Shown here in pieces: positions 22,048 through 30,520 of a DNA stretch of 37,908 nucleotides. This stretch comes from a virus. Numbering within the stretch: position 1 is the first letter of the stretch; the number at the start of each line of letters is the position of its first letter. Made by a program: the position numbers and the translations under genes. A model generated the notes under the pieces. It made no database searches. It saw only the letters and a list, made by a program, of their open reading frames with translations, and had not been told where the DNA came from. The stretch spans positions 1 through 37,908 of the IMG/VR virus record IMGVR_UViG_3300028024_000002, one strand, 5' to 3'.

Positions 22048-22520
22048 GCCGCCTCCTCGCTTAATGCCGGACACGGAGCAACCCGGGCGTAGAGATAGTG
22101 ATCGTTGCCTGCGGGGTCATAGGCGGTCGCCTTGCCCTCGACCTTGAAGCCCAGCACATCCATCCAGCGGCAACCCTCGCCATGGCCGGCAAGAACGGTG
22201 GCCTCTATCCGCCGATAGCCCATGTCATGGGCCAGCTGCAGGATCCGCTGCACTTCGCGAGTAATCTTCACCCAGGCTGAGCGTGGCATCCGCCGATCGA
22301 TCAGTGACCAAGCCACGGCGCGGCCTTGCCATTGCGGCTTAATACCCGCGCAGCCGACCACCAGGTCGCCCGCCACCGCCGACCAGCTAAGTTCCGGCTC
22401 TTCCAGATACTCGCCATAGCCCTCGCGGCTCAACCAGCGCTGCACCGATCGCTGCGCCTGCTGCAAATCCATGTAATCGAGGTCATGCGCCTGGAACGGG
22501 CGAAAGCGAATGTCATTCAT
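22044..22520 (-). CDS. GNAT-family N-acetyltransferase
   Basis: 158 aa. The GNAT-like core is GCAGIKPQWQGRAVAWSLI...ILQLAHDMGYRRIEATVLAGHGEGCRWMDVLGF. It is translationally overlapped on both sides within the structural operon. Confidence 0.6.
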   Translation of the reverse strand: MNDIRFRPFQAHDLDYMDLQQAQRSVQRWLSREGYGEYLEEPELSWSAVAGDLVVGCAGIKPQWQGRAVAWSLIDRRMPRSAWVKITREVQRILQLAHDMGYRRIEATVLAGHGEGCRWMDVLGFKVEGKATAYDPAGNDHYLYARVAPCPALSEEAA

Positions 22521-24537
22521 CGGAGGTCACCACGCGCGGATAGAGCGACAGCACGGTCATCGGCAGCGGCTGGTCCTGGACGATCATCATGTCGCCGGTC
22601 GTGTCGTAATCGCCGGGGAAGTCGACAACGTTGTCACCAGAGAGAAGCGGCATCGGATGATCCATCGGCGCATCCGGATCGCGGTCCTGATTGACCGGCT
22701 CCCGATTGACGTCATCCCGGCCCAGCCAACCCAGCAGCGAGCGCAGCATGCGAACGATGACTTTGCTGATGATCTTAGTCTTGCCCTGCGCCGTGCCTTC
22801 GGCCTGGCCGGCCTCCAGCGGCATCGGCTTCAACCGCGAAACGAACTGCAAGCCGACATGGACCGTGTTGGCGGGATAGTCGAGCTCGACCTTGCCGCCG
22901 ACGACCTGCTTTTCCGGATGGACCGCGCCGTCCGTTAGGATCTGCACCGTCTCGCCTTCCAGATGGTCCAGGCCGGTGAGCTCGGTCACCGCAACATTGG
23001 GGTCACTGTAAGACAGACCGCAGTCGACATAGAATGCATCGGCCTGGTTGCCGCCCAGAGGCAGCGGATCTTCCAGCACTTCGACGTACCGCTTGACCTG
23101 GCCGTTGATCGTGCGACGGACGATCAGCCAGACCTCATCCGATCCGCCGGACCCTGGGATGGTCGCAACACTTTCAACGAAAGCATCACCCCCCAGGATA
23201 TGCCGGTGCCAGGCCGTCACCTGCTGCTCCGCGATATGCGTGCAGGCCGCCAACTGCCCGTCACTCCGGACTGCCCAGATGATGCTGAATGGCTCCGACT
23301 GATAGGCCATTTCGACGATGCCGGGGCGCGTCGCCTGCTCGGCAAGCAAGGTCAGGTCTTCCGCCTTGTAGCTGTCGGTCTCGAAGCTGTATTGCTCCTT
23401 CATGATCTTTCGGCCGAGCAGCTGCAGGAACACCGCGGCATCGTCGATCAGAACCGGCATGATGTTCGCGCACCGGCGCCTCGTGTGCGGCCGGGCTTTG
23501 GCATTCGTGGGGGTCAACGCGCTGGAGGCCGTATCCGCCTGGATGATGAACTCGGCGCCCCGCGTGCCGGCGACCAGGACGCGCATGGAAGCCAGCCACG
23601 AGATCTTGGCGACCCGGTCGAAGCCGAGCGAGAAAGCCAGTGGATCCCCGTCGGTCGTACCCGGCGTGAAGTTCTCAAAATCGCCTGTCTTGGACCCGTC
23701 GATCCGCTGCGGCCGCTCGACGGTGGAACTGCCGAAACACAGGCGCTCCTCATGGAACGTGTCAGATCCTGGCCAGCCGGCATAGTCCGACCACAGGCCC
23801 ATGCGCCACGTCGTAGCCGCCGTCGTTGCCGCAAAAGCCGTCTTCACATCGGCATGCACCTGCGTCGCGCTGTCGACCGTCGTAATCTTCGCATAGCCAT
23901 AGGCGGCACCGTTCTTGATCCGGATCAGCCGGCCCACGTCTCCCGCCTGGAAACCCAGACCGCGATTGATCCCGGTCACCGCCGATGCGGTAATCGTGAT
24001 GTTGGCGCCATTGGTGGCTGACGGTATCATCGTCGTGGTGGTGACGTTTTCGTCGAGATACGGCCCGTCGATGAAATCGATCGCCGTTAGGGTCCAGGCC
24101 GCATGCCCAGTGCGGGTCAGCTTGCGCGGCCCATATTTCGGATGAACGACATACATCACGTCGTTCGATTGGCACCACTTCAGCAGCGGGATATCCGCCG
24201 TCTTGTAAGGCGTCGCGATCTCATAGATCGCACCGCCGCCAGTCAGGATCTGCCCCTTGTTCATGTAGAAGCGGAAATAGAGATTGCCCGCCTCGATGAT
24301 GTATGCCTGCTCGTCCGAGAACTCGAAATTGATTGCGCGGCCGCGCTGGGTCGAGTCCTTGACCTCGGCAATGAAGCGCGTACCGCCGCGGCGTTCGGCC
24401 GGCCCCAGCGCCAAACACAGGAAGTTCTCGCAGATCTGCGAGCTGTTGTAGTAGCGCGATTGATCCGTTCGCCCGTTGAAATACGGGCTGGCCTCGCCGC
24501 CGGTAAAATTGGTGAGGGCTGGTGTCGCCTTCGGCAT
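22513..24537 (-). CDS. Tail tubular protein B (nozzle, T7 gp12-like)
   Basis: 674 aa. The N-terminus is LTNFTGGEASPYFNGRTDQSRYYNS, and the gene follows the gp11-like gene. Confidence 0.7.
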   Translation of the reverse strand: MPKATPALTNFTGGEASPYFNGRTDQSRYYNSSQICENFLCLALGPAERRGGTRFIAEVKDSTQRGRAINFEFSDEQAYIIEAGNLYFRFYMNKGQILTGGGAIYEIATPYKTADIPLLKWCQSNDVMYVVHPKYGPRKLTRTGHAAWTLTAIDFIDGPYLDENVTTTTMIPSATNGANITITASAVTGINRGLGFQAGDVGRLIRIKNGAAYGYAKITTVDSATQVHADVKTAFAATTAATTWRMGLWSDYAGWPGSDTFHEERLCFGSSTVERPQRIDGSKTGDFENFTPGTTDGDPLAFSLGFDRVAKISWLASMRVLVAGTRGAEFIIQADTASSALTPTNAKARPHTRRRCANIMPVLIDDAAVFLQLLGRKIMKEQYSFETDSYKAEDLTLLAEQATRPGIVEMAYQSEPFSIIWAVRSDGQLAACTHIAEQQVTAWHRHILGGDAFVESVATIPGSGGSDEVWLIVRRTINGQVKRYVEVLEDPLPLGGNQADAFYVDCGLSYSDPNVAVTELTGLDHLEGETVQILTDGAVHPEKQVVGGKVELDYPANTVHVGLQFVSRLKPMPLEAGQAEGTAQGKTKIISKVIVRMLRSLLGWLGRDDVNREPVNQDRDPDAPMDHPMPLLSGDNVVDFPGDYDTTGDMMIVQDQPLPMTVLSLYPRVVTSDE

Positions 24538-25100
24538 CAGTACCTCGACGCCAGCAATTCGGAGTCCGGCAGCTCCTCCGGCGTCCCCTCCATGGCATCG
24601 ACCGATCGGGCCTCGCGCAAGGCCAGCTCGTAGGCCTTCCGCGCTTCATCTGTCCGCGCGGCGCTGGTGGTGACGCGGTAGCAGATCAGGTGCGCCAGCT
24701 TCATGCCGATCGCCTCGGACAGCAGCGCATCCATGTCGGCTTCGCCAATCCTGCCGATATACCAGCCGCGGAGCGGCGCGGAGACGTTGGTCAGGATCTG
24801 GCGCCCCTCGACTTTGAAGCGCGCATTCTTCTCCAGCAGGCGATAGACCCGTAGGCAGTAAGGATCTGTCGGCAGGTTATAAGCGTAGGTGAACTCGAAG
24901 GCTGGTTGCGCACCACCGACCGGCAGCGAGAAGCGCTTGGTCGCACAGTTCCATGGATGCGAGCGAAGCACCGCATCGCGTGCAGTGGCATAGCGCGCGA
25001 GACACGTCTTCGCGTTCTTACTGCCGTCGTTGATGTCGTTGATCTCTGCAGCCCCCAGGCTGATCAGGGCGATGTTGCAGATCTCGGTGCTCGACGCCAT
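24537..25100 (-). CDS. Tail tubular protein A / adaptor (T7 gp11-like)
   Basis: 187 aa. The N-terminus is ICNIALISLGAAEINDINDGSKNAKTCLARYATARDAVLRSHPW. Confidence 0.65.
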   Translation of the reverse strand: MASSTEICNIALISLGAAEINDINDGSKNAKTCLARYATARDAVLRSHPWNCATKRFSLPVGGAQPAFEFTYAYNLPTDPYCLRVYRLLEKNARFKVEGRQILTNVSAPLRGWYIGRIGEADMDALLSEAIGMKLAHLICYRVTTSAARTDEARKAYELALREARSVDAMEGTPEELPDSELLASRY

Positions 25101-25126
25101 GCCTTGCCCCCTTTATGCCGCCTGGT

Positions 25127-25158
25127 CCCCGCGCCAACCGCGAACGGCGTGCGCGGGG
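25127..25158 (-). promoter_or_regulatory. Stem-loop CCCCGCGC-N16-GCGCGGGG between the decoration-like gene and the tail genes
   Basis: The 8-bp stem is a perfect GC stem. No U tract follows. Confidence 0.35.
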
Positions 25159-25180
25159 TGCCCCAGGGCGGGCAGGATGA

Positions 25181-25612
25181 TCAGTCGAGGACGTAGGTGG
25201 CATGGCCGCGCAGAACGCCGCCGGCCTGCCAGCCCGCAGTGCTGACGGTCGCCACAAGGGTCGTCTCCGCCGTCATCACGTCACCGACATTGGTAGCCAC
25301 GTCGGCCGCGAAGCTGCCGTTGCCGGCCGCCGCGATGCTAGTGGCTGCCAGATACTTTCCGGCGGTGCCCGCGACGCCGATCTGCAGGGCGCCGGTGCCG
25401 CCCATCGCGCTGTTGGCATAGCGGCCGCCGAGAAGGCGGGCGCCCAGCGGCAGGGTGCAAAGGTCGACAGTGTCGTTGAGAGCGATACCGCCGGCCGGGA
25501 CGGTGTAATCGAAATAGGCGACGCGGATGCGGCCCTTCAGTTCGTCCGGCGCAAGCATTTTCGGCGGTACGTTGGTACGCTTGGTCTCTTGAACGCTTTT
25601 GTAAGCAGCCAT
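25181..25612 (-). CDS. Putative capsid decoration/cement or minor structural protein
   Basis: 143 aa, immediately after the major capsid gene. RBS is GGAGA. It is Gly/Ala/Thr-rich and looks beta-rich. Confidence 0.45.
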   Translation of the reverse strand: MAAYKSVQETKRTNVPPKMLAPDELKGRIRVAYFDYTVPAGGIALNDTVDLCTLPLGARLLGGRYANSAMGGTGALQIGVAGTAGKYLAATSIAAAGNGSFAADVATNVGDVMTAETTLVATVSTAGWQAGGVLRGHATYVLD

Positions 25613-25651
25613 GATCAGGTCTCCAGTAGCTGTGTCTCAGGAAGGCGATAA

Positions 25652-25668
25652 GAGGCGCAGAGCGCCCC
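25652..25668 (-). terminator. Terminator-like hairpin abutting the major capsid stop codon
   Basis: The minus strand reads GGGGCGC-UCU-GCGCCUC, followed by UUAUCG. The U tract is weak. Confidence 0.4.
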
Positions 25669-26559
25669 TTACACGCTCTCGTCGCAGTCGCAGACGACGA
25701 TCTTCTCGTCCTCGATGCGGGTGGCATCCATCGACATGGTCACCAGCAGCTGCGTGGCGTTGCCCTTGTCACGACGCGGCCCGATGTCAACCGTCACGTC
25801 CTCGCCGACCGCAAGGCCAATCGCACCCTGTGCACCGAAGATGCAGCGGCGGATATTGCCGGTCTTCTTCAGGCGCTCGATGCGGGTGAACTTGAAGTTC
25901 AGGAAGGTATCGATCTTGCCCTCGGACAAAGCCTTGACCGAGTTGTAATCGGCTGACTTGATCTCTGTCGTGTTGAGGAGGTTCGTGATCTCGTGCGATG
26001 CCACATAGGCATTGCGCGGGATATCATCGTCGACCTCGTTGCCATCCAGGATCTCCTTGATGATGAGGAGCTTGGCCAACGTCATGCCAGTATTGGCGCC
26101 GGTGACATTCACCGCGACGATCTGGTTGGCGGGCAAGGCGATCGGCGTTGCCGCATTGTCTTCGTCGATCGCATATGAATTGGCATCCGACGCGGCGATG
26201 ATCAGATCGTCTTTCTGGCGGTTGGCCGCTGCGATCGCGTTCTGCATGTACTTGCCCTGCGGATCCGCGATCATCCGCATCACGTCCTGCTTATCCAGCA
26301 GGTGCGGCAACTCGAAATCGGCAAGGGTGATGCGGCGACGAGAATGCGGAACTTCGACGACACCGGTGTCCTGGTGACGCGACGTGCGGCGCTGCATGCT
26401 GACCTGGCCGATGCGGTCGAAGTAGCCGAAGCGGCCGGCAAGCATGTCGGGATCGGTCCGGCAGAGGCTGAGCATGCGGGCGTCTTTCTGCTGCGAGAGC
26501 ATGATGAAGTCGCCGGCGAAACGATCCACAAATCCAACGGGAACGGTACTCTGTTGCAT
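25669..26559 (-). CDS. Major capsid protein
   Basis: 296 aa. It has a strong RBS (GGAGGG), lies after the scaffold gene, and is followed by a hairpin. The sequence character is that of podovirus HK97-fold capsid proteins. Confidence 0.75.
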   Translation of the reverse strand: MQQSTVPVGFVDRFAGDFIMLSQQKDARMLSLCRTDPDMLAGRFGYFDRIGQVSMQRRTSRHQDTGVVEVPHSRRRITLADFELPHLLDKQDVMRMIADPQGKYMQNAIAAANRQKDDLIIAASDANSYAIDEDNAATPIALPANQIVAVNVTGANTGMTLAKLLIIKEILDGNEVDDDIPRNAYVASHEITNLLNTTEIKSADYNSVKALSEGKIDTFLNFKFTRIERLKKTGNIRRCIFGAQGAIGLAVGEDVTVDIGPRRDKGNATQLLVTMSMDATRIEDEKIVVCDCDESV

Positions 26560-26756
26560 GGTGCCCTCCTAGAGCGAAGCCGGAATTTCCAAATCCGGCG
26601 GGGTTGTCGCTGAGATCGGAGGGGTTGCCCGCCGAGGCCGCCCGGAAAACCGGACTCCTCACGGACCCACTGCCTGGACGGTGTCGCCCGTCTTCGGCGG
26701 CCTGAAAGCCTCAGGCCCGGCACCGGACCCGACGCCGAAGCGCCGGGTTGCCCGGA
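26560..26756 (-). other. 197-nt highly structured non-coding spacer (capsid mRNA leader)
   Basis: At least five hairpins form on the minus strand. They include CCGGG-CAA-CCCGG, GCCTGA-GGCTT-TCAGGC, GTCCGG-TTTT-CCGGGC and GCCGGA-TTTGGAAAT-TCCGGC. Confidence 0.5.
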
Positions 26757-27701
26757 TCAGTTGGCCGCAGCACCTTTGGCAAGTGCATACAGGGCATTCA
26801 TGTGTGCCTGCATGTCCTTGTAGCCTTCGGCTTTGCGGTTGACGTAAGGATGGTTCGGATCCTTCGCCGCTTCAGCGCGGATCCGCTTGATTTCTGCATC
26901 GGCTTGCGCGGGCGTGGTTATCGGCTGCGTTCCGGCACCGCCGCCCTTGAGGCCTTCCAACTGGCCATCTTCGCTGATATTCGCGCCGACCTGTGCGAAA
27001 GCCTTTGCCAACACCGGATTGTCGAGCAGATAGGTGCCATCGCTGAGCCTGATCCCGCGGGCATCAGCAAGCTCCTTGCCGAACACAGATTTGACCGCGC
27101 GATTGGCGAGATCCAGCTTGGCGTCATATTCGCCACCCCAGTCCTTGCGCAGGCTTGCCTCTCCAGCCTTGGCGAACTGATCGGCATGAGCGTTGAGCGC
27201 CTTCACTTCCTCTGCCCGGACCGCCGCATAGGACTGCATCGCGCCGACCACCTGGCTGTTGCTGAGGCCAAGCTTGTGGAGCTCCGGCAGCATTGCCTTC
27301 TGCGTCGCCTCGCTCCAAGGCACGCCATCCGGCACCTTGAAGTTGGCGAGATCGTATTTGTCAGCGCTGTCCGGTCGGCCGAGCTTGTTATACACGGTCG
27401 CCCACTCTTCCGGCTTGGCATCGGCGCCCGGGATCGCGATCGCGCGGCCGGCGAAGCTTTCGAGCTCGGTATAGCCCTTGGCCATGTCGGCCGGCGATTT
27501 CCAGCCCTTGGTCTGGACGAGCTGCTGGTGCGGTTCGAAGCCTTCGCCCCATACGTTGCCGCCACCGCCCGCGGGCGGATTGCCGCCGCCGCCCGCCGGC
27601 GCGTTGCCACCGCCGCCGTCCCCGCCACCTTCCGGTGCCATACGGGCCACACTCCACAACGTCGCGAAAACCCAATCGCCACCGATACGGAAACGGGTCA
27701 T
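26757..27701 (-). CDS. Scaffolding protein
   Basis: 314 aa, helical and acidic, with an N-terminal Gly-rich repeat (PAGGGGN twice). It lies between the portal-proximal genes and the capsid gene. An alternative start lies at 27641. Confidence 0.65.
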   Translation of the reverse strand: MTRFRIGGDWVFATLWSVARMAPEGGGDGGGGNAPAGGGGNPPAGGGGNVWGEGFEPHQQLVQTKGWKSPADMAKGYTELESFAGRAIAIPGADAKPEEWATVYNKLGRPDSADKYDLANFKVPDGVPWSEATQKAMLPELHKLGLSNSQVVGAMQSYAAVRAEEVKALNAHADQFAKAGEASLRKDWGGEYDAKLDLANRAVKSVFGKELADARGIRLSDGTYLLDNPVLAKAFAQVGANISEDGQLEGLKGGGAGTQPITTPAQADAEIKRIRAEAAKDPNHPYVNRKAEGYKDMQAHMNALYALAKGAAAN

Positions 27702-27925
27702 TCGTCACCTTCCGGTCGGAGCGGCGGCTTCGCGGCCGCCAGGAAGGCGTCAGCCGCTGCGATCGCGTCGGCCGCCACCTTCTGCTCGGCGTGGCTGTAG
27801 CCACCCTTCCGCTTCAGCAGCAGCGCGCGTTGGGCCTCGACATAGTCGACAAACAGACTGCTCGGATCCTTGCGGTCCGGGCGGTCCGTCGGCGCGGCCT
27901 CGGATTTCTGGTCGGGCTTGGCCAT
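27698..27925 (-). CDS. Hypothetical head-module protein
   Basis: 75 aa from the ATG at 27925. Confidence 0.5.
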   Translation of the reverse strand: MAKPDQKSEAAPTDRPDRKDPSSLFVDYVEAQRALLLKRKGGYSHAEQKVAADAIAAADAFLAAAKPPLRPEGDE

Positions 27926-27929
27926 GGGC

Positions 27930-28139
27930 TCAGGCCTCCAAATCCGCGGCAGCCCTGGTCGCCGCATCGACCAGGGCTTGCTCCTCTGACGGAAAGCCGC
28001 TCATACCGGCAAGCGCCGCGGCGATCAGCTTCAGAGCCTTGCGTGCCGCCACGTCGACAGCCGGCTTTGGCAACGGAATGCGCGTCGTCTTGGCTGCCGC
28101 CGATTTCTTCGCGGCCTTAGCTGCCGGTTTCTTGGCCAT
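27930..28139 (-). CDS. Hypothetical Lys/Ala-rich (histone-tail-like) small protein
   Basis: 69 aa from the ATG at 28139, which is preceded by GGAGG. The N-terminus is MAKKPAAKAAKKSAAAK. Confidence 0.5.
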   Translation of the reverse strand: MAKKPAAKAAKKSAAAKTTRIPLPKPAVDVAARKALKLIAAALAGMSGFPSEEQALVDAATRAAADLEA

Positions 28140-28401
28140 CGATAGCCTCCTCTGGCTCGTTGGAAAGGCGGATGAGCTCGTCATCGCTCATGCCGCAAAT
28201 GCTCGCGATGCGCAGCCCAACGCGGCGCACGCCGTCATTGAAGCCGGTCATGATGGGGTCACCTGGCACCACGACGGCGTTGCGCACGTTGCAGAACTTC
28301 AGGAGGTCCGCCAGGACCACCTTTCCTTCCGGGGTCCCGAAAACCTGGCGATAGAGATGCCTGCGCCGGAACAACAGTTGGAAGCGGTCACGCAGCCGCA
28401 T
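28117..28401 (-). CDS. Bbp19-like conserved phage protein
   Basis: 94 aa. The motif is YRQVFGTPEGKVVLADLLKF...GFNDGVRRVGLRI. I recognise the family from memory only. Confidence 0.5.
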   Translation of the reverse strand: MRLRDRFQLLFRRRHLYRQVFGTPEGKVVLADLLKFCNVRNAVVVPGDPIMTGFNDGVRRVGLRIASICGMSDDELIRLSNEPEEAIDGQETGS

Positions 28402-30028
28402 CGGCGCCTCCCGCTTGCATGGCCTTCAGGGCTGGCAAGGCGCGAACGGCATTCGCGGCGGTTTCAATACCTTCCATCGCCTGCTTCTGCTGCAATGCCT
28501 GGGCCTGCGCTTGCTGCCGCGCTTGGCGCATCTCGCCGACCTTATCGGTGTCGCGCATCCAATCCTTGGGCAGACCGAGAGCATCCGCCGTATCCCGATA
28601 GGCAAGATCCGCATCCAGGTTGTCCGCCAGCGCCTGATCCATCTGCACCATAGGCGCGGTGATCTCATTGAACTGCGCCAGGGCGCGAGCTCGCGCGACA
28701 CGCTGGCTCTTGACCGCCGGCGAAACATACTCGATGACGAGTGTCTGCCCCTGCAGCTCGGTCGGCAGCGGCAGGAAGGCGCCGCCGCGCATCATGATGC
28801 CGAAAACCCGCTCGATCATGACTTCCAGGTCTTCCAGCATCAGCCGGCCCGTATAGGGGCTAAGGATCCGCTGGTTTTCGTCCGTGACCTGCAGCACCTC
28901 TGTCGCTGTCATCCGGTCCTTGCGGATCATCTGGATAACCGGCTTCAAGAAAGCATTGTCGATGCGGGTGCGGACGCCCTGCATGATCTCCTCGCCGATA
29001 TCGGGGCGGCCACCGGTCAGCAGCGCCTTGATCGGGTCGATCGAGTAGGTTCCCGAGCGATAGTAGGTAATGCCATTGGCATTGGAGCGGATCGGGCCGA
29101 CGACGCCGTCATCGGCGACCATCAGGGGCGGATCGATCATCTTCTCGCCGCCACGGATAGTGACCTTCATGGTCCGCTGCAACATCCTTACATCGGCCAG
29201 GGCTTTCATGCCGCAGCCGCGGCCGTAGACCTCATCCGCGCGCTTGGTCCAACGCGGCGTCGAATAGGGCATTTCCTGAAAGCCGCCCTCGTCGATCATG
29301 TGCTTGTCTTCGACGCAGACATACTCCGAGCCCATCGGCATATTGAGCCGATCGCGCTTGCCGCTATCCAACAATTGGCGGGGCTCGACCGCGTGAATAA
29401 AGCGGAACTGTGTCTCTTCTTTTTTCGGGTCGCTCGCTGCTTCCTGGACTTTGGCGCCGCACTTGCGCCCCCACCGCCCAACTGCCTGCCGCGCCGACAG
29501 CTTGAAATCGCGATAGACCTGGTCGACTTTTCCATCTGCATTTTCGGCGAGCAACAGCTGGCGCAACGGCACGCTGTTGAAGATGATGCCGCGTCCGGGC
29601 CGATCGGCGATGAAACCGCCAGCAGTACCCATACCGGTCACATCCAGGTACTTCTCATGCTGCGCGGTGGAGAACCCGCCGCGGCCGCTGCGAAACACCT
29701 TGTTCATGCGACCGGCGGCATCTTCCAGCCAGAAGGCTACGTTGGCAGATCTGTTCAGCTGCTCGTTCGCAGCGCGTAACCCAAAGAAATCATCCCATGA
29801 GGGCGTCAGCGTGGAGACGATGGTCGCGGCCAGCAACTCGTGCGCCGTCTCGCCGGAGTTGTCGAGGACCTTGTCGTTGGACTTCTGGCCCAGCGTCTCG
29901 ACGCGATTGACCGCCATCGCGAGCGGATAGATGAAATCGCGGACTTCCTGGCAGTGCTGAAGATAGACCCCTCGATCGGCCTGCATACGATCCGCCTTGG
30001 CGATGATGTCCCGGATGCGGTCGCTCAT
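28388..30028 (-). CDS. Portal (head-to-tail connector) protein, podovirus type
   Basis: 546 aa. The size, the position after terL, and the N-terminal region CQEVRDFIYP...LDNSGETAHELLAATIVSTLTP all fit. Confidence 0.75.
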   Translation of the reverse strand: MSDRIRDIIAKADRMQADRGVYLQHCQEVRDFIYPLAMAVNRVETLGQKSNDKVLDNSGETAHELLAATIVSTLTPSWDDFFGLRAANEQLNRSANVAFWLEDAAGRMNKVFRSGRGGFSTAQHEKYLDVTGMGTAGGFIADRPGRGIIFNSVPLRQLLLAENADGKVDQVYRDFKLSARQAVGRWGRKCGAKVQEAASDPKKEETQFRFIHAVEPRQLLDSGKRDRLNMPMGSEYVCVEDKHMIDEGGFQEMPYSTPRWTKRADEVYGRGCGMKALADVRMLQRTMKVTIRGGEKMIDPPLMVADDGVVGPIRSNANGITYYRSGTYSIDPIKALLTGGRPDIGEEIMQGVRTRIDNAFLKPVIQMIRKDRMTATEVLQVTDENQRILSPYTGRLMLEDLEVMIERVFGIMMRGGAFLPLPTELQGQTLVIEYVSPAVKSQRVARARALAQFNEITAPMVQMDQALADNLDADLAYRDTADALGLPKDWMRDTDKVGEMRQARQQAQAQALQQKQAMEGIETAANAVRALPALKAMQAGGADAAA

Positions 30029-30031
30029 CGC

Positions 30032-30235
30032 CTATTGTCCCAACAGGGTCTTCTTGCCGAGGTTGGGGTCCGTGGTGTCGCCTTGCGTGCCGGTTACCAG
30101 CGTGGCCGCGCGACCGCGAGCCTGCTGTGCCGCCAGTTGCTCCTTGCGGCGCGCCTCTTCCACCGCAGGATCCTCCTCCGTTGGCGGAGGGGTCGGCTTC
30201 TTAGGCTTTGGCGGTCCACTGAAGACGGCACCCAT
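30032..30235 (-). CDS. Small Pro/Lys-rich hypothetical protein upstream of the portal gene
   Basis: 67 aa. RBS is AAGGGA. Confidence 0.55.
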   Translation of the reverse strand: MGAVFSGPPKPKKPTPPPTEEDPAVEEARRKEQLAAQQARGRAATLVTGTQGDTTDPNLGKKTLLGQ

Positions 30236-30317
30236 GGGCTTCCCTTGGTCTCGGCAACGATCAAAGATGAGCTAGCCCATGCTTGGGATCGGCGGCGCGC
30301 GAAGTCCAGTTTGCCGC

Positions 30318-30351
30318 TGTCCCGAAATTCAACTATTTTGTCCCGAAATTC
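30318..30351 (-). promoter_or_regulatory. Two direct copies of GAATTTCGGGACA spaced 21 bp apart
   Basis: The copies are at 30318-30330 and 30339-30351 (plus strand TGTCCCGAAATTC). They straddle the stop codon of the small HTH gene, upstream of the operon containing the 67-aa gene and the portal gene. Confidence 0.55.
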
Positions 30352-30520
30352 GCGCGTGGCCGCGCTGCCATGCCTCATGCAGCTTCGACCGGCTCATCTG
30401 ATAACGGTCCTGCAGCTCCTTCCACAGGTCGCCGGCGCCACGCGCCTTGACGATCTCGATCTCATCATCGGGGGTCAGCTTGCGCGGCCGGCCGCGTCGC
30501 CGGCGACGATCAGTCTGCAT
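30329..30520 (-). CDS. Small HTH DNA-binding protein (resolvase/terminase-small-like HTH)
   Basis: 63 aa from the internal ATG at 30520, which overlaps the terL 3' end by 11 nt. The motif is RGRPRKLTPDDEIEIVKARGAGDLWKELQDRYQMSRSKLHEAW. Confidence 0.55.
   Translation of the reverse strand: MQTDRRRRRGRPRKLTPDDEIEIVKARGAGDLWKELQDRYQMSRSKLHEAWQRGHARISGQNS

Noticed and set aside
27540-27640. A GC-rich low-complexity repeat in the scaffold gene 5' region, considered as a possible tandem-repeat element.
   Set aside because: It simply encodes a Gly-rich N-terminal repeat (PAGGGGN twice) within a continuous, well-supported CDS.
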